Shown here in pieces: positions 1-9,099 of a stretch of DNA of 61,093 nucleotides. Origin of the DNA: Deltaproteobacteria bacterium (GTDB lineage: Bacteria; Desulfobacterota; Deferrimicrobia; Deferrimicrobiales; Deferrimicrobiaceae); NCBI GenBank assembly GCA_037441465.1, contig JBBISC010000002.1, forward strand, positions 1-61,093. Direction: 5' to 3'. The notes below the pieces were generated by a model. That model had not been told where the DNA came from. It saw only the letters and a program-made list of their open reading frames with translations, and searched no databases. Within the stretch, counting starts at the first letter, position 1, and every line of letters starts with the position of its first letter. The translations under genes and the position numbers were made by a program.

Positions 1-302
1 ACGGTGCGGCATGCGACATCTTCTCCGATCATGTCACAGCACGATGCGCACGAACTCTCCCCTACGCTCGCCCCCGGGACAAGGGACTCCAGGGGAATCC
101 CGTTGAAAAGGATCTGGTTGGATTGCCGGATCTCGCCCGCCCCAAGCAATGTTTCCTTGAACTCGACCTGGATCCCGCTCCCCTCGTACTCCCGGGCCAG
201 TTCCTTCACCACCTCGGCCAGCGTCCTTCCGGTATCCGTGCAGCGCACGCAGGTCGCACCTTCCCTGTCCAGGTGCTTCCACTCGATCTCCAACGATTTC
301 AT
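1..302 (-). CDS. DUF2703-like Cys-rich small protein (N-terminal ~100 aa; 3-prime end lies outside the window)
   Basis: My own translation of the minus strand from ATG at 302-300 gives MKSLEIEWKHLDREGATCVRCTDTGRTLAEVVKELAREYEGSGIQVEFKE...SSCASCCDMIGEDVACRT. It is absent from the ORF track because it has no stop in the window. It has CxxC pairs and sits in an ars locus. Confidence 0.55.
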   Translation of the reverse strand, partial: MKSLEIEWKHLDREGATCVRCTDTGRTLAEVVKELAREYEGSGIQVEFKETLLGAGEIRQSNQILFNGIPLESLVPGASVGESSCASCCDMIGEDVACRT

Positions 303-312
303 TTTCTTCGCC

Positions 313-1446
313 TCACAGCATGGCATTGAACAGATACCCTACGATCAGGATCCCCACCCCGACGATCCCAGCGAACGTGGCGATCAGGCGAACCTTGAGA
401 ACCTTCCGAAGAATGATCATCTCCGGCAGGGAGAGCCCGATCACCGACATCATGAACGCCAAAACCGTCCCCAGCGCCGCTCCCTTCCCCAGGAGGGCCT
501 GTACGATAGGGATGATCCCTGCCGCGTTTGAATACATGGGGATCCCGATGAGTACCGCCAGCGGCACGGACCACCACGCTCCCGCTCCCATGATCCCTGC
601 CATGAAATTCTCCGGCACATAACCGTGGATTCCGGCTCCGACGGCGATCCCGGCCACCACGTAAGGCCACACCTTTCCGACGATGTCCCGGACGGAATCG
701 AGTCCGAAGTGGACGCGGTCCCGCCAGGAGACGTTCGGAGACTCGCCTCCTTCGTCCTTTCCAGCCGGCGCCGCGTAGACCCACTCCTCCACATGTTCCT
801 CCATCCCCAGGCGCCCGATGACCCACCCGGAAACCATGGCGATCGCCAGGCCCGTCCCCGCATAGATCGCGGCGATCTTCCAGCCGAACAGGCCGTAGAG
901 AAGGACGAGGGCGATCTCGTTGACCATGGGCGCGGAAACAAGGAAAGAGAACGTCACCCCGAGGGGGACGCCGGAAGTGACGAACCCGATGAAGAGCGGC
1001 ACCGCCGAACAGGAACAGAAGGGAGTTACGACCCCCAATAGGGATGCCAGCACGTTCCCCGCCGACTCACGATTCCCGGCGAGGATCCGGCGGGCCCTCT
1101 CCGGCGTGAAGAAGGACCGGACGATCCCCACCGCGAAGACGACCAGCGTGAGGAGCATCAGGACCTTCGGGGCCTCGAAGATGAAAAACTCCACGGCCGA
1201 TGTCAGATGCGACCCCGGCGCCAGGGTCAGCAGGGAGAAGGTGAACCACTTCGCGAAGGGGAACAGCCCCCGGTATATCAACCACCAGGCTCCCAGCGCC
1301 GGCAAGCCGATTCCGAAATATTTCGCGGTCGTACGGGGATCGACCGCCGTCGTCGTAACCGACGCCACCACGGGTCCTGATCCTTCGCGGCAGATCGCCC
1401 CCGGTTCGGATACCCCGACGGTTTTCCGTTCACAGCACTCGCTCAT
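313..1446 (-). CDS. COG0701/DUF318 permease (ArsP-like, putative organoarsenical/metalloid permease)
   Basis: 377-aa polytopic membrane ORF with the TPFCSCSAVPLF motif typical of this permease family. Its ATG overlaps the stop of the upstream thioredoxin-like gene (ATGA). It lies in an ars locus. Confidence 0.75.
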   Translation of the reverse strand: MSECCERKTVGVSEPGAICREGSGPVVASVTTTAVDPRTTAKYFGIGLPALGAWWLIYRGLFPFAKWFTFSLLTLAPGSHLTSAVEFFIFEAPKVLMLLTLVVFAVGIVRSFFTPERARRILAGNRESAGNVLASLLGVVTPFCSCSAVPLFIGFVTSGVPLGVTFSFLVSAPMVNEIALVLLYGLFGWKIAAIYAGTGLAIAMVSGWVIGRLGMEEHVEEWVYAAPAGKDEGGESPNVSWRDRVHFGLDSVRDIVGKVWPYVVAGIAVGAGIHGYVPENFMAGIMGAGAWWSVPLAVLIGIPMYSNAAGIIPIVQALLGKGAALGTVLAFMMSVIGLSLPEMIILRKVLKVRLIATFAGIVGVGILIVGYLFNAML

Positions 1447-1688
1447 GCCTCTCCACCGTGCGCCAGGAGCGCCTTGACTTCTTCCACCGTCGGAACCTTG
1501 CCGGAGATCCTCACCTGGCCGTCGACGGCGACGGCCGGGGTCATCATCACCTTGAACTTCACGATCTCCTGGATGTCCTCGACCTTGTGGATTGTTGCTT
1601 CGATACCCGCCTGTTCCACGGCGCGCCGGACCACCTCAGCCGTCTGTTTGCACTTGGGGCAACCGGTGCCAAGGATTGCGATCTTCAT
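1443..1688 (-). CDS. thioredoxin-fold protein (redox-active disulfide protein 2 type)
   Basis: Begins MKIAILGTGCPKCKQTAEVVRRAVEQAGIEATIHKVEDIQEIVKF, with a CPKC motif. The internal ATG at 1688 is preceded by GAGGAGGAAACA. The upstream part of the 123-aa ORF is R/P-rich junk. Confidence 0.8.
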   Translation of the reverse strand: MKIAILGTGCPKCKQTAEVVRRAVEQAGIEATIHKVEDIQEIVKFKVMMTPAVAVDGQVRISGKVPTVEEVKALLAHGGEA

Positions 1689-1701
1689 TGTTTCCTCCTC
1701 G

Positions 1702-2133
1702 TCATTTCGCCCCGGCGGCAACTTTCCGGGGGGCCGGACAGCACGCCGCGGCACGCCGTGCCGGTAGCGCCATTCCCCGCTCGCATATCTCCACGGGCCC
1801 GATCTCCCGGGCAAGAGCCTCCCGTTTTCGGTCCCGGGCGATCACCGGATCGCCGTTGAGCCACGCTTTCAAGGTATTCAGCATCTTCCTTGCGTACGGC
1901 ACTCCCTCCGAACCGTCGAGCGAATAGTGGACCCACTTCTTCTCCTGACGCTCCTTGACCAGTCCCGCCATCTTCAGCAGGAAGAGGTGCTTCGAAATGG
2001 TGGACTGATTCAGTTCGAGGACGGCCACGATCTGGCAGACGCACATCTCTCCCGCTTCCAGGAGCTTGAGGATCCGGGCACGCGTCGGATCGGCCACGGA
2101 CTTCATCACCATCTCGTACTCACGCAGGGACAT
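1702..2133 (-). CDS. arsR: ArsR/SmtB family transcriptional repressor
   Basis: Begins MSLREYEMVMKSVADPTRARILKLLEAGEMCVCQIVAVLELNQSTISKHLFLLKMAGLV. It has a winged HTH with a CVC metalloid-binding motif and a GAAGGAGG RBS before the ATG at 2133. It is divergent from ACR3. Confidence 0.85.
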   Translation of the reverse strand: MSLREYEMVMKSVADPTRARILKLLEAGEMCVCQIVAVLELNQSTISKHLFLLKMAGLVKERQEKKWVHYSLDGSEGVPYARKMLNTLKAWLNGDPVIARDRKREALAREIGPVEICERGMALPARRAAACCPAPRKVAAGAK

Positions 2134-2186
2134 GGCCCCTCCTTCAGATTGACAACTGGCGATGTGTAATATTAACATAACCCTCT

Positions 2187-3266
<1,080 letters not shown>

Positions 3267-3461
3267 CTCGTCAAGGCCAAAGCCCGGGAAATATATCCTC
3301 CCTTCGGCGAGCCGGAATTAATCCAGTCTAGCCTGGAAACGGAAAAAAGGAATCCGCCGGAAGGACAACTCAGGTCTTTGCATTTCCGGAGGGCTGATCC
3401 ATAGCGGCAGAGCAAGTAGTAATTCATTTCAAATTTCCCCAAAACTTCACCACGGGGCATT

Positions 3462-3502
3462 TTTCAAAGAAAAAGGGGACTCCTGCGAGAGCCGGAATCC
3501 CC
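3462..3502 (-). terminator. intrinsic terminator (hairpin plus U-run on the minus strand)
   Basis: The minus-sense sequence is GGGGATTCC-GGCTCTCGC-AGGAGTCCCC followed by TTTTTCTTTG. On the minus-strand RNA the single imperfect pair is a G.U wobble. On the plus strand it would be a C.A mismatch. Confidence 0.55.
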
Positions 3503-3513
3503 TTCGTTTCTAA

Positions 3514-3882
3514 CATGGCGCCGAAGGGGGGACTCGAACTCCACGGGATTTCCCACCCCCCCCTCAGATGCCGTTATTTGCAAGGGGTTTGCGGTCCGGG
3601 GGGCTGCCGGTGACATTTCCCTTGTCCAGCAGGCCCAAAATGGGGGACTGGTCACTTCCAATCGGTGGGGAGATTGTTTTTCATTCGCATTCGTCACCTC
3701 CTGCGTGTGGCCCTACGAGGTGATCCGGGGGAAGCGGCTGCAATAGCGCTGCTTGTCGGGTTGCAATCCCTATCCCCCGGAAGCCGACTACATCGTGAGT
3801 AACCCGATCCGCCGCCTACCTCGAATCCGGTTGCGGATAGTTGCGGAGGTTGGTCTTAATGTGTCATTCGCCGGCATTCCGT
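3514..3882 (-). ncRNA. unassigned structured RNA candidate with tRNA-like 3-prime end (T-loop-like UUCGAGU, ...GCCA)
   Basis: There is no credible ORF. Several complementary segments are present (CCGGGGGA...UCCCCCGG; GCCUGCUGG...CCGGCAGCC). The 3-prime end reads GGGAAAUCCCGUGGAGUUCGAGUCCCCCCUUCGGCGCCA and is followed immediately by a terminator. It fits neither tmRNA nor a complete tRNA. Confidence 0.25.
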
Positions 3883-3965
3883 GTCCATCGCAACATATAT
3901 AAATACTTGATTTTGTGTCCATATTCTTCGATTCTATCGTAAATGCGATCCCGGGGGGCGTTCAC

Positions 3966-5027
3966 ATGGATCACGCGGTGGTGATGGCGGGTGGGTCGGG
4001 AACGCGTTTCTGGCCGGAGAGCCGCGCGCGGCGATCGAAGCAGTTCCTGGACCTCACCGGCGGGGGGCCGATGATCCGGGAGACCCTCCTGCGCCTCTTC
4101 CCCGTCGTTCCCCCGGAACGGGTCTGGGTCGTCGCCGGGGTCAAGGACGCGCCGCACCTCTCCCACCGCGCCCTCGGCATCCCGAAACGGCACATCCTGC
4201 TGGAGCCGGAGGGGAAAAACACAGCCCCCGCGGTGGCGTACGCGACGGCGGCCGTCGCCGGGGAGGACCCCGACGCCGTGGTCCTGGCCACCCCGGCCGA
4301 CCACGCCATCAGCCACGTCCGGGCGTTCCAGGCCGTGCTCCGAAAGGGGCTTCGCCTCGCGCGGGAGACGGGGCGGTTCGTGACCCTCGGCGTTCCGCCG
4401 ACCCATCCCTCCACGGGGTATGGGTACATCGAGCGGGGGAGACCGTTCCCCGGAAAGGTACGGGGCGCCTTCGCGGTCGCCCGGTTCGCCGAGAAACCGG
4501 ACCTTCCCACGGCGAAGCGGTTCCTCCGTTCGGGCCGGTTCGACTGGAACAGCGGGCTGTTCCTTTTCAGCGTCGCGACGTTCGCCGACCGGCTGGCGAA
4601 ATTCCTTCCCGGAATTGATCGCGACATCCGTCGCGCCTTCCTGGGGGACCGCGCAGGGTTCCCGAAGCGACTCGCACGGGCGTACCGCCGGATGCCGTCG
4701 ATTTCGATCGACTACGGCATTTTGGAGAAAGAGAAGGGGATCCTCGTCCTGCCGGCGAACGTCGGGTGGAGCGACCTCGGGACGTGGAGCTCGCTGCACG
4801 AGTTCCTGTCGGGGACGGGGGAAAACGTCACGTTCGGCGACGTCATCCTCTCCGACTGCCGGTCCGTCCTCGTGCGTACGGACAGCGGCGTGGCGGCGGT
4901 ATTGGGGATGCAGGACGTTGTGGTGGTCCGAAGCGGGGACGCCGTGCTGGTCTGCCCGCGCGCACGCTCGGAGGAGGTGAAGGGTGTGCTGGAGGAGGTC
5001 CGGCGGCGGTTCCCCGCGCTGGCGTGA
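3966..5027 (+). CDS. mannose-1-phosphate guanylyltransferase (nucleotidyltransferase domain type)
   Basis: Begins MDHAVVMAGGSGTRFWPESRARRSKQFLDL, and contains LLEPEGKNTAPAVAYA and SIDYGILEK. I chose the internal ATG at 3966 to fit the canonical N-terminus. Confidence 0.8.
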   Translation: MDHAVVMAGGSGTRFWPESRARRSKQFLDLTGGGPMIRETLLRLFPVVPPERVWVVAGVKDAPHLSHRALGIPKRHILLEPEGKNTAPAVAYATAAVAGEDPDAVVLATPADHAISHVRAFQAVLRKGLRLARETGRFVTLGVPPTHPSTGYGYIERGRPFPGKVRGAFAVARFAEKPDLPTAKRFLRSGRFDWNSGLFLFSVATFADRLAKFLPGIDRDIRRAFLGDRAGFPKRLARAYRRMPSISIDYGILEKEKGILVLPANVGWSDLGTWSSLHEFLSGTGENVTFGDVILSDCRSVLVRTDSGVAAVLGMQDVVVVRSGDAVLVCPRARSEEVKGVLEEVRRRFPALA

Positions 5028-5036
5028 CCTCCTCCC

Positions 5037-5513
5037 CTAAACGAGAACGTCCCCGGACAGGGTGACGATCCGCCGGACCTCGTACTCCAGCGTCCCGCGG
5101 GGGATCGTGATCGTGACCGTGTCGCCGACGCGGCGATTCATGAGCGCCCTCCCCACCGGCGACGCCATGGAGACGAACGACTTGTTGCCGTCTGCCAGTT
5201 CCGGGATCACGAGGGTGTAACGGACCTCTTCCCCGCTCTCGAGGTTTTCCACGGTGACCTCGCTACCGAGCCCCGCACGGTCCTTCGGGACGCCCGCCAC
5301 GTCGATGCGGGAAAGGTCGGCCAGGCGCTTCTGGATCTGGGCGAAGCGCGCCTGAAGCGTCGACTGCCGTTCCTTGGCCGCCTCGTACTCGGCGTTCTCG
5401 GAGAGGTCGCCCTGGCCCAGCGCCGTTTGGATCTCCTTGGGAAGGGTCACCCGCAGTTCGTGGTCGATCCGCTGCACCTCTTCCTCGAGCTTCCGTTTCA
5501 CCTCGCGAAGCAA
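5037..5513 (-). CDS. greA: transcription elongation factor GreA
   Basis: 158 aa, with an N-terminal coiled coil (LSENAEYEAAKERQ) and a C-terminal globular domain (SMASPVGRALMNRRVGDTV). The TTG start is preceded by AGGAGAGGG. Confidence 0.85.
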   Translation of the reverse strand: MLREVKRKLEEEVQRIDHELRVTLPKEIQTALGQGDLSENAEYEAAKERQSTLQARFAQIQKRLADLSRIDVAGVPKDRAGLGSEVTVENLESGEEVRYTLVIPELADGNKSFVSMASPVGRALMNRRVGDTVTITIPRGTLEYEVRRIVTLSGDVLV

Positions 5514-5526
5514 CGCGATCCCTCTC

Positions 5527-6045
5527 CTACTGCTCCATCGTGAATTCCTGCATGTCGAACCAGAACCCGTTCTGCCCGATCGAGTCCACCTCGGCGCGCA
5601 GGATCTTCGCGTGCAGCTCCTCTTCCTTCGCCAGGGCGAGGAACATCTCCTTCGCCGAATCCTTCTTCGAGCGTCCCGCCATCTCGAGGTAGAACCGGTT
5701 CGCCTCGACCTCCCGGTCGATCGCGACCCCGAGGATCCGGATCGTATCGGCCTTGGCCAGTTTCTTCGGGTCGATCTTTTCGAGCACCGACGGCTGCGAG
5801 ACCTGCCGGGACATCGCCTCGACCAGATCCGCCCGCTCGATCACCCAGTCCTTCCCTCGCAGGACGCTGATCAGGTGCTTCTCGAGCTTCGTCATGTGGC
5901 CCACCTCGTCCGAGGCGAGGTGAACGAGCACGTTTTTCGCCTTTACGTCCGTGACGATCTTGGCCAGCCCGAGGTAGACGTTGATGGCGTCCCTCTCGCG
6001 GTCGATGGCGCGGTGCACGATGGAAACCATTTCCTGTGAACTCAT
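5527..6045 (-). CDS. ferritin-like / rubrerythrin-like diiron-fold protein
   Basis: 172 aa with two E..H-type helices (LASDEVGHMTKLE; LAKEEELHAKIL), typical of the ferritin-like superfamily. Confidence 0.6.
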   Translation of the reverse strand: MSSQEMVSIVHRAIDRERDAINVYLGLAKIVTDVKAKNVLVHLASDEVGHMTKLEKHLISVLRGKDWVIERADLVEAMSRQVSQPSVLEKIDPKKLAKADTIRILGVAIDREVEANRFYLEMAGRSKKDSAKEMFLALAKEEELHAKILRAEVDSIGQNGFWFDMQEFTMEQ

Positions 6046-6087
6046 GGTGTCTCCCTCCTCACGGGTATCCGGTATCGTATCCTTCGA

Positions 6088-6513
6088 TCAATGAAAGACG
6101 AGTTTCCCTCCGAAATGGCCGAGGACCACGCACGTGGCGGTGCAGGCGGCGAGGAGCCCGAAGTACGCCCACCCCAACGCTCCCAGCGGCAGAACGGCGA
6201 GGTCCGGGTGGAACGCCCGCAGCACCACCGCGGGACCCGCCAGCGCCATCAGGACGAACGACCCGGTGATCTTGATCTTGAACACGCTCGTCATGTACGC
6301 CTGGTAGCGGTTCCACCAGTCGAAGAACCCCGTTGCCGTCGTCACCGGCGCCGCCAGCAGCCCGAAGAGCGCGCAGACGAACGCCCCCGTCTCGAACTGC
6401 CGGACCTCCGTCATCATGTAGATGGAGAGCGCCGCGAAGGCCACCGGGAACAGGGCTTGCGGGAAATGGACGAATATAGGGTGCAGGTGCTGCACGTTCA
6501 CCTTTGCGTCCAT
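6088..6513 (-). CDS. DUF2231-like integral membrane protein
   Basis: 141 aa with four predicted TM helices. The N-terminal HPIFVHFPQALF motif is characteristic of DUF2231. A GAGGGA RBS is present. Confidence 0.6.
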   Translation of the reverse strand: MDAKVNVQHLHPIFVHFPQALFPVAFAALSIYMMTEVRQFETGAFVCALFGLLAAPVTTATGFFDWWNRYQAYMTSVFKIKITGSFVLMALAGPAVVLRAFHPDLAVLPLGALGWAYFGLLAACTATCVVLGHFGGKLVFH

Positions 6514-6529
6514 TCATCCCTCGCGACGT

Positions 6530-6640
6530 TTATTCCAGGAGCCGGAAAAATTCCTTCGGCGCGTCGCACACCGGGCACCAGTCCGGGGGTTCCTCCCCTT
6601 CGTGGATGTACCCGTAGATTATGCTCTCCCACTGCTTCAT
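6530..6640 (-). CDS. 36-aa rubredoxin-like mini-protein retaining only the second Cys pair
   Basis: My own translation gives MKQWESIIYGYIHEGEEPPDWCPVCDAPKEFFRLLE. It aligns to the rubredoxin knuckles, but the first CxxC is replaced by ESII. It sits directly upstream of the DUF2231 gene and is below the ORF-track length cut-off. Confidence 0.4.
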   Translation of the reverse strand: MKQWESIIYGYIHEGEEPPDWCPVCDAPKEFFRLLE

Positions 6641-6652
6641 GACCAGAATGGA

Positions 6653-6682
6653 ATTTTAACAGACCGGCGCCCGGTTGGGCAA
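6653..6682 (-). promoter_or_regulatory. sigma70-like promoter (TTGCCC-N18-TAAAAT) for the mini-rubredoxin/DUF2231/ferritin-like/greA string
   Basis: The minus-sense sequence is TTGCCCaaccgggcgccggtctgtTAAAAT. It ends about 12 nt upstream of the ATG at 6640. Confidence 0.35.
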
Positions 6683-7093
6683 TACGTTCAGGTCTTAGCG
6701 GACGATGCGCCCTTAAGGGTCAACCGGAGGAGCGGGAATAACCGCCCCTCTTCTTTCTCCGCCTCCTCCGGTTCCATCCCTTCGACCAGTCGTATCACGG
6801 ACGCGATGATCTGTTCTCCCACCATCCGGTCCGCGGGCTGGACAACAGGAATCTCTTTGAGAAACTCTTCACTGACATGGTAACGGATCCACTAGGCGCC
6901 GTCAGAGAAAGTCGTTCCCAATTCCGACCGTTGGTCAGAATGGCGGATCGCAACGTCCCATACGACCCTATCCGGCGTTCGAAATCCTCTCTTTCTTTCG
7001 AAGATGGGGAATGTCCCGGTCGGAGCCCCATCCGGCGTTTCCCGTCATCCGTTTGGATCGCCCTCTCGGGCTTCAGGTCCGACGGCGCAACCA

Positions 7094-7729
7094 TCAACCG
7101 GTCTTCCGCCGATGGGTCTCCTTCTCCGTCACGGCGAGATGCCCACGGATCGCATCGCGAATCATCTCCAGCGTCTCTTCCACTGTCTCTCCCTGGGACA
7201 GGCACCCGGGCAACTCCGGGCACTCAACCCAATACCCACCATCTTCCAGATCGGTATGAAGAATCACGGAAAAACGCCGACGACCAATTTGTACAGAGAA
7301 GAACTTTTTCTCTTCCGAGATCTGTATCTTCTCTTTCAATTCTTTCAGTAGTGCCCCAATGGAAAGCGCGAAGACCAACTGCCCCGCTCTCAGGGTATCC
7401 AAGACGATTTTTCGGTTCGAAGTAAGCACAAAAATGGTTTCTCCATCCGTAATGAATTGCAGGGAGGCAAGCGGGCGTGTGAGCTCGGCGCCTCTTTTTT
7501 TCAGAAAAGAGAGGCACCGGCGCATCTTTTGAAGGCTGATTCCTTTCTCCTTGAGAGATACGGCGACGCGGAACTGCACAAGATCAACAAAATCGTACAG
7601 CCGGCGGGTTCCCTTCCCGGATGGACTTTTCATGGAAGGCTTGATGAAATGCGTCCGGTCCCAATAGTCGATTTGCCTGGGGGTGAGACCGGTAAGTGCC
7701 GCTACCGTTCGGCTGCCGAATCCCTCCAT
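7094..7729 (-). CDS. MerR-family HTH fused to a HicB-like (UPF0150) antitoxin domain
   Basis: The N-terminus is FGSRTVAALTGLTPRQIDYWDRTHFIKPS...GTRRLYDFVDLVQFRVAVSLKEKGISLQKM (MerR HTH). The C-terminus is FSVILHTDLEDGGYWVECPELPGCLSQGETVEETLEMIRDAIRGHL (HicB fold). The ATG at 7729 is preceded by AAAGGAGAAG. GC content is lower than the flanks. Confidence 0.7.
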   Translation of the reverse strand: MEGFGSRTVAALTGLTPRQIDYWDRTHFIKPSMKSPSGKGTRRLYDFVDLVQFRVAVSLKEKGISLQKMRRCLSFLKKRGAELTRPLASLQFITDGETIFVLTSNRKIVLDTLRAGQLVFALSIGALLKELKEKIQISEEKKFFSVQIGRRRFSVILHTDLEDGGYWVECPELPGCLSQGETVEETLEMIRDAIRGHLAVTEKETHRRKTG

Positions 7730-7817
7730 GATAGCTTCTCCTTTGGGGGTATAAACTACATGCATGTATTTTACATGACAAGAAAAGAAGGGCAACCCGT
7801 ACGTGGAGGATTAGGAA

Positions 7818-9095
7818 CTACCGTTTCGTGATCCGTGCCAGTCCGCCCATGTAGGGGCGCAGGGCCTCGGGGACATCGACGGCGCCGTCCTCCCGCTGAT
7901 AATTTTCGAGGATCGCGACGACCGACCGACCGACCGCCAGCCCGGACCCGTTCAAGGTGTGGGCCAAACGGGTCTTCCCCGACGCCCCTTCCCGGAAGCG
8001 GATCTTCGCGCGGCGCGCCTGAAAGTCGGTGAAGGTGCTGCAGGAGGAGATCTCCCGGTACCGGCCCTGGGAAGGAACCCAGACCTCGATGTCGTACGTC
8101 TTCGCGGATGAGAAACCGATTTCCCCCGTGCACAGGGTCACCACGCGATACGGCAGGTCGAGGCGCCGAAGGATCTCCTCGGCGTCGTCGGTGAGCTTCT
8201 CCAGCTCCTGCGCGGACTCCTCCGGACGGCAGATCTTGACGATCTCCACCTTGTTGAACTGGTGCTGCCGGATCATCCCCCGCGTGTCCTTGCCGTAGGA
8301 CCCCGCCTCCGCCCGGAAGCACGGGGTGTACGCCGTCATCTTCAGGGGAAGCGTCTCGGCGGCGAGGATCTCGTCCCGCACGATGTTCGTCACGGGGACT
8401 TCGGCGGTGGGGACGAGGAAGTAGTCGGTCCCCGCCACGCGGAAGAGATCCTCCTCGAACTTGGGGAGCTGCCCGGTGCCGAAGAACGAGGCGCTGTTCG
8501 CCATGTAGGGGGGAAGCACTTCCAGGTAGCCGTGCTCCCGCGTGTGGACGTCGAGCATGAAGTTGATGAGCGCCCGCTCCAGAAGCGCCCCCGCCCCCTT
8601 CGACAGGCAGAAGCGGCCCCCGGTAATCTTGGCCGCCCGGTCGAAGTCGAGGATGTCCAGCGCCGCGCCGAGGTCGACGTGGTCCTTGACCGGGAAAGAG
8701 AAGACCCGCGGGGTCCCCCACGTCCGCACGACGGGGTTGTCCTCCTCCCCCGCGCCGTCCGGGACCGAGGGGTCCGGCACGTTCGGGAGGACGAGGAGAA
8801 ACTCCTCCATCTTCCGCTCGATCGTCGCGAGTTCCGCTTCCGCCTCTTTGAGCCGGGTCGAGAGCGCCTTCATCCGCTCCATGAGCTCCGACGGGTCCTT
8901 CTTCTCCCGGCGCAGACGCCCGATCTCCTCGGAAGCGGCGTTGCGCTCCGCACGCATCCCCTCGACGGCTGCGAGCCGTTCCCGGCGCGCCTTGTCCAGC
9001 GCCAGGAATCCGTCGAGGGTGAGGGAGGACCGGCGCTTCCGCAGCGCTTCTTCAACGACCGCTATGTTTTCCCTTACGAATTTCAGGTCGAGCAT
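7818..9095 (-). CDS. serS: seryl-tRNA synthetase
   Basis: Begins [22 protein letters not shown], and contains class II motifs ([43 protein letters not shown]). Confidence 0.95.
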   Translation of the reverse strand: MLDLKFVRENIAVVEEALRKRRSSLTLDGFLALDKARRERLAAVEGMRAERNAASEEIGRLRREKKDPSELMERMKALSTRLKEAEAELATIERKMEEFLLVLPNVPDPSVPDGAGEEDNPVVRTWGTPRVFSFPVKDHVDLGAALDILDFDRAAKITGGRFCLSKGAGALLERALINFMLDVHTREHGYLEVLPPYMANSASFFGTGQLPKFEEDLFRVAGTDYFLVPTAEVPVTNIVRDEILAAETLPLKMTAYTPCFRAEAGSYGKDTRGMIRQHQFNKVEIVKICRPEESAQELEKLTDDAEEILRRLDLPYRVVTLCTGEIGFSSAKTYDIEVWVPSQGRYREISSCSTFTDFQARRAKIRFREGASGKTRLAHTLNGSGLAVGRSVVAILENYQREDGAVDVPEALRPYMGGLARITKR

Positions 9096-9099
9096 CTTG

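Noticed and set aside
3514-3600. tRNA-Sec (selC) or another complete tRNA, considered because of the G discriminator and the nearby selenoprotein
   Set aside because: No complementary 5-prime acceptor strand (GCCGAAG/GCCGAAGG) occurs within 70-100 nt upstream, and there is no D arm or anticodon arm.
3514-3882. Calling this region tmRNA (ssrA)
   Set aside because: It has a T-loop-like UUCGAGU, a terminal CCA and a terminator. It lacks a GGGG 5-prime end. The implied acceptor has C3-G70 and a G discriminator instead of G3.U70/A73. The T-stem has two mismatches. No tag reading frame with a hydrophobic C-terminus and nearby stop exists in any frame. I keep it only as an unassigned RNA candidate.
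6660-7093. A HicA toxin, or another intact small gene, downstream of the MerR-HicB fusion
   Set aside because: I translated all three minus-strand frames and inspected the plus-strand ORFs. There are only short, stop-interrupted frames, with no GSH..H HicA motif. The longest coherent stretch is broken by a TAG and lacks a start.
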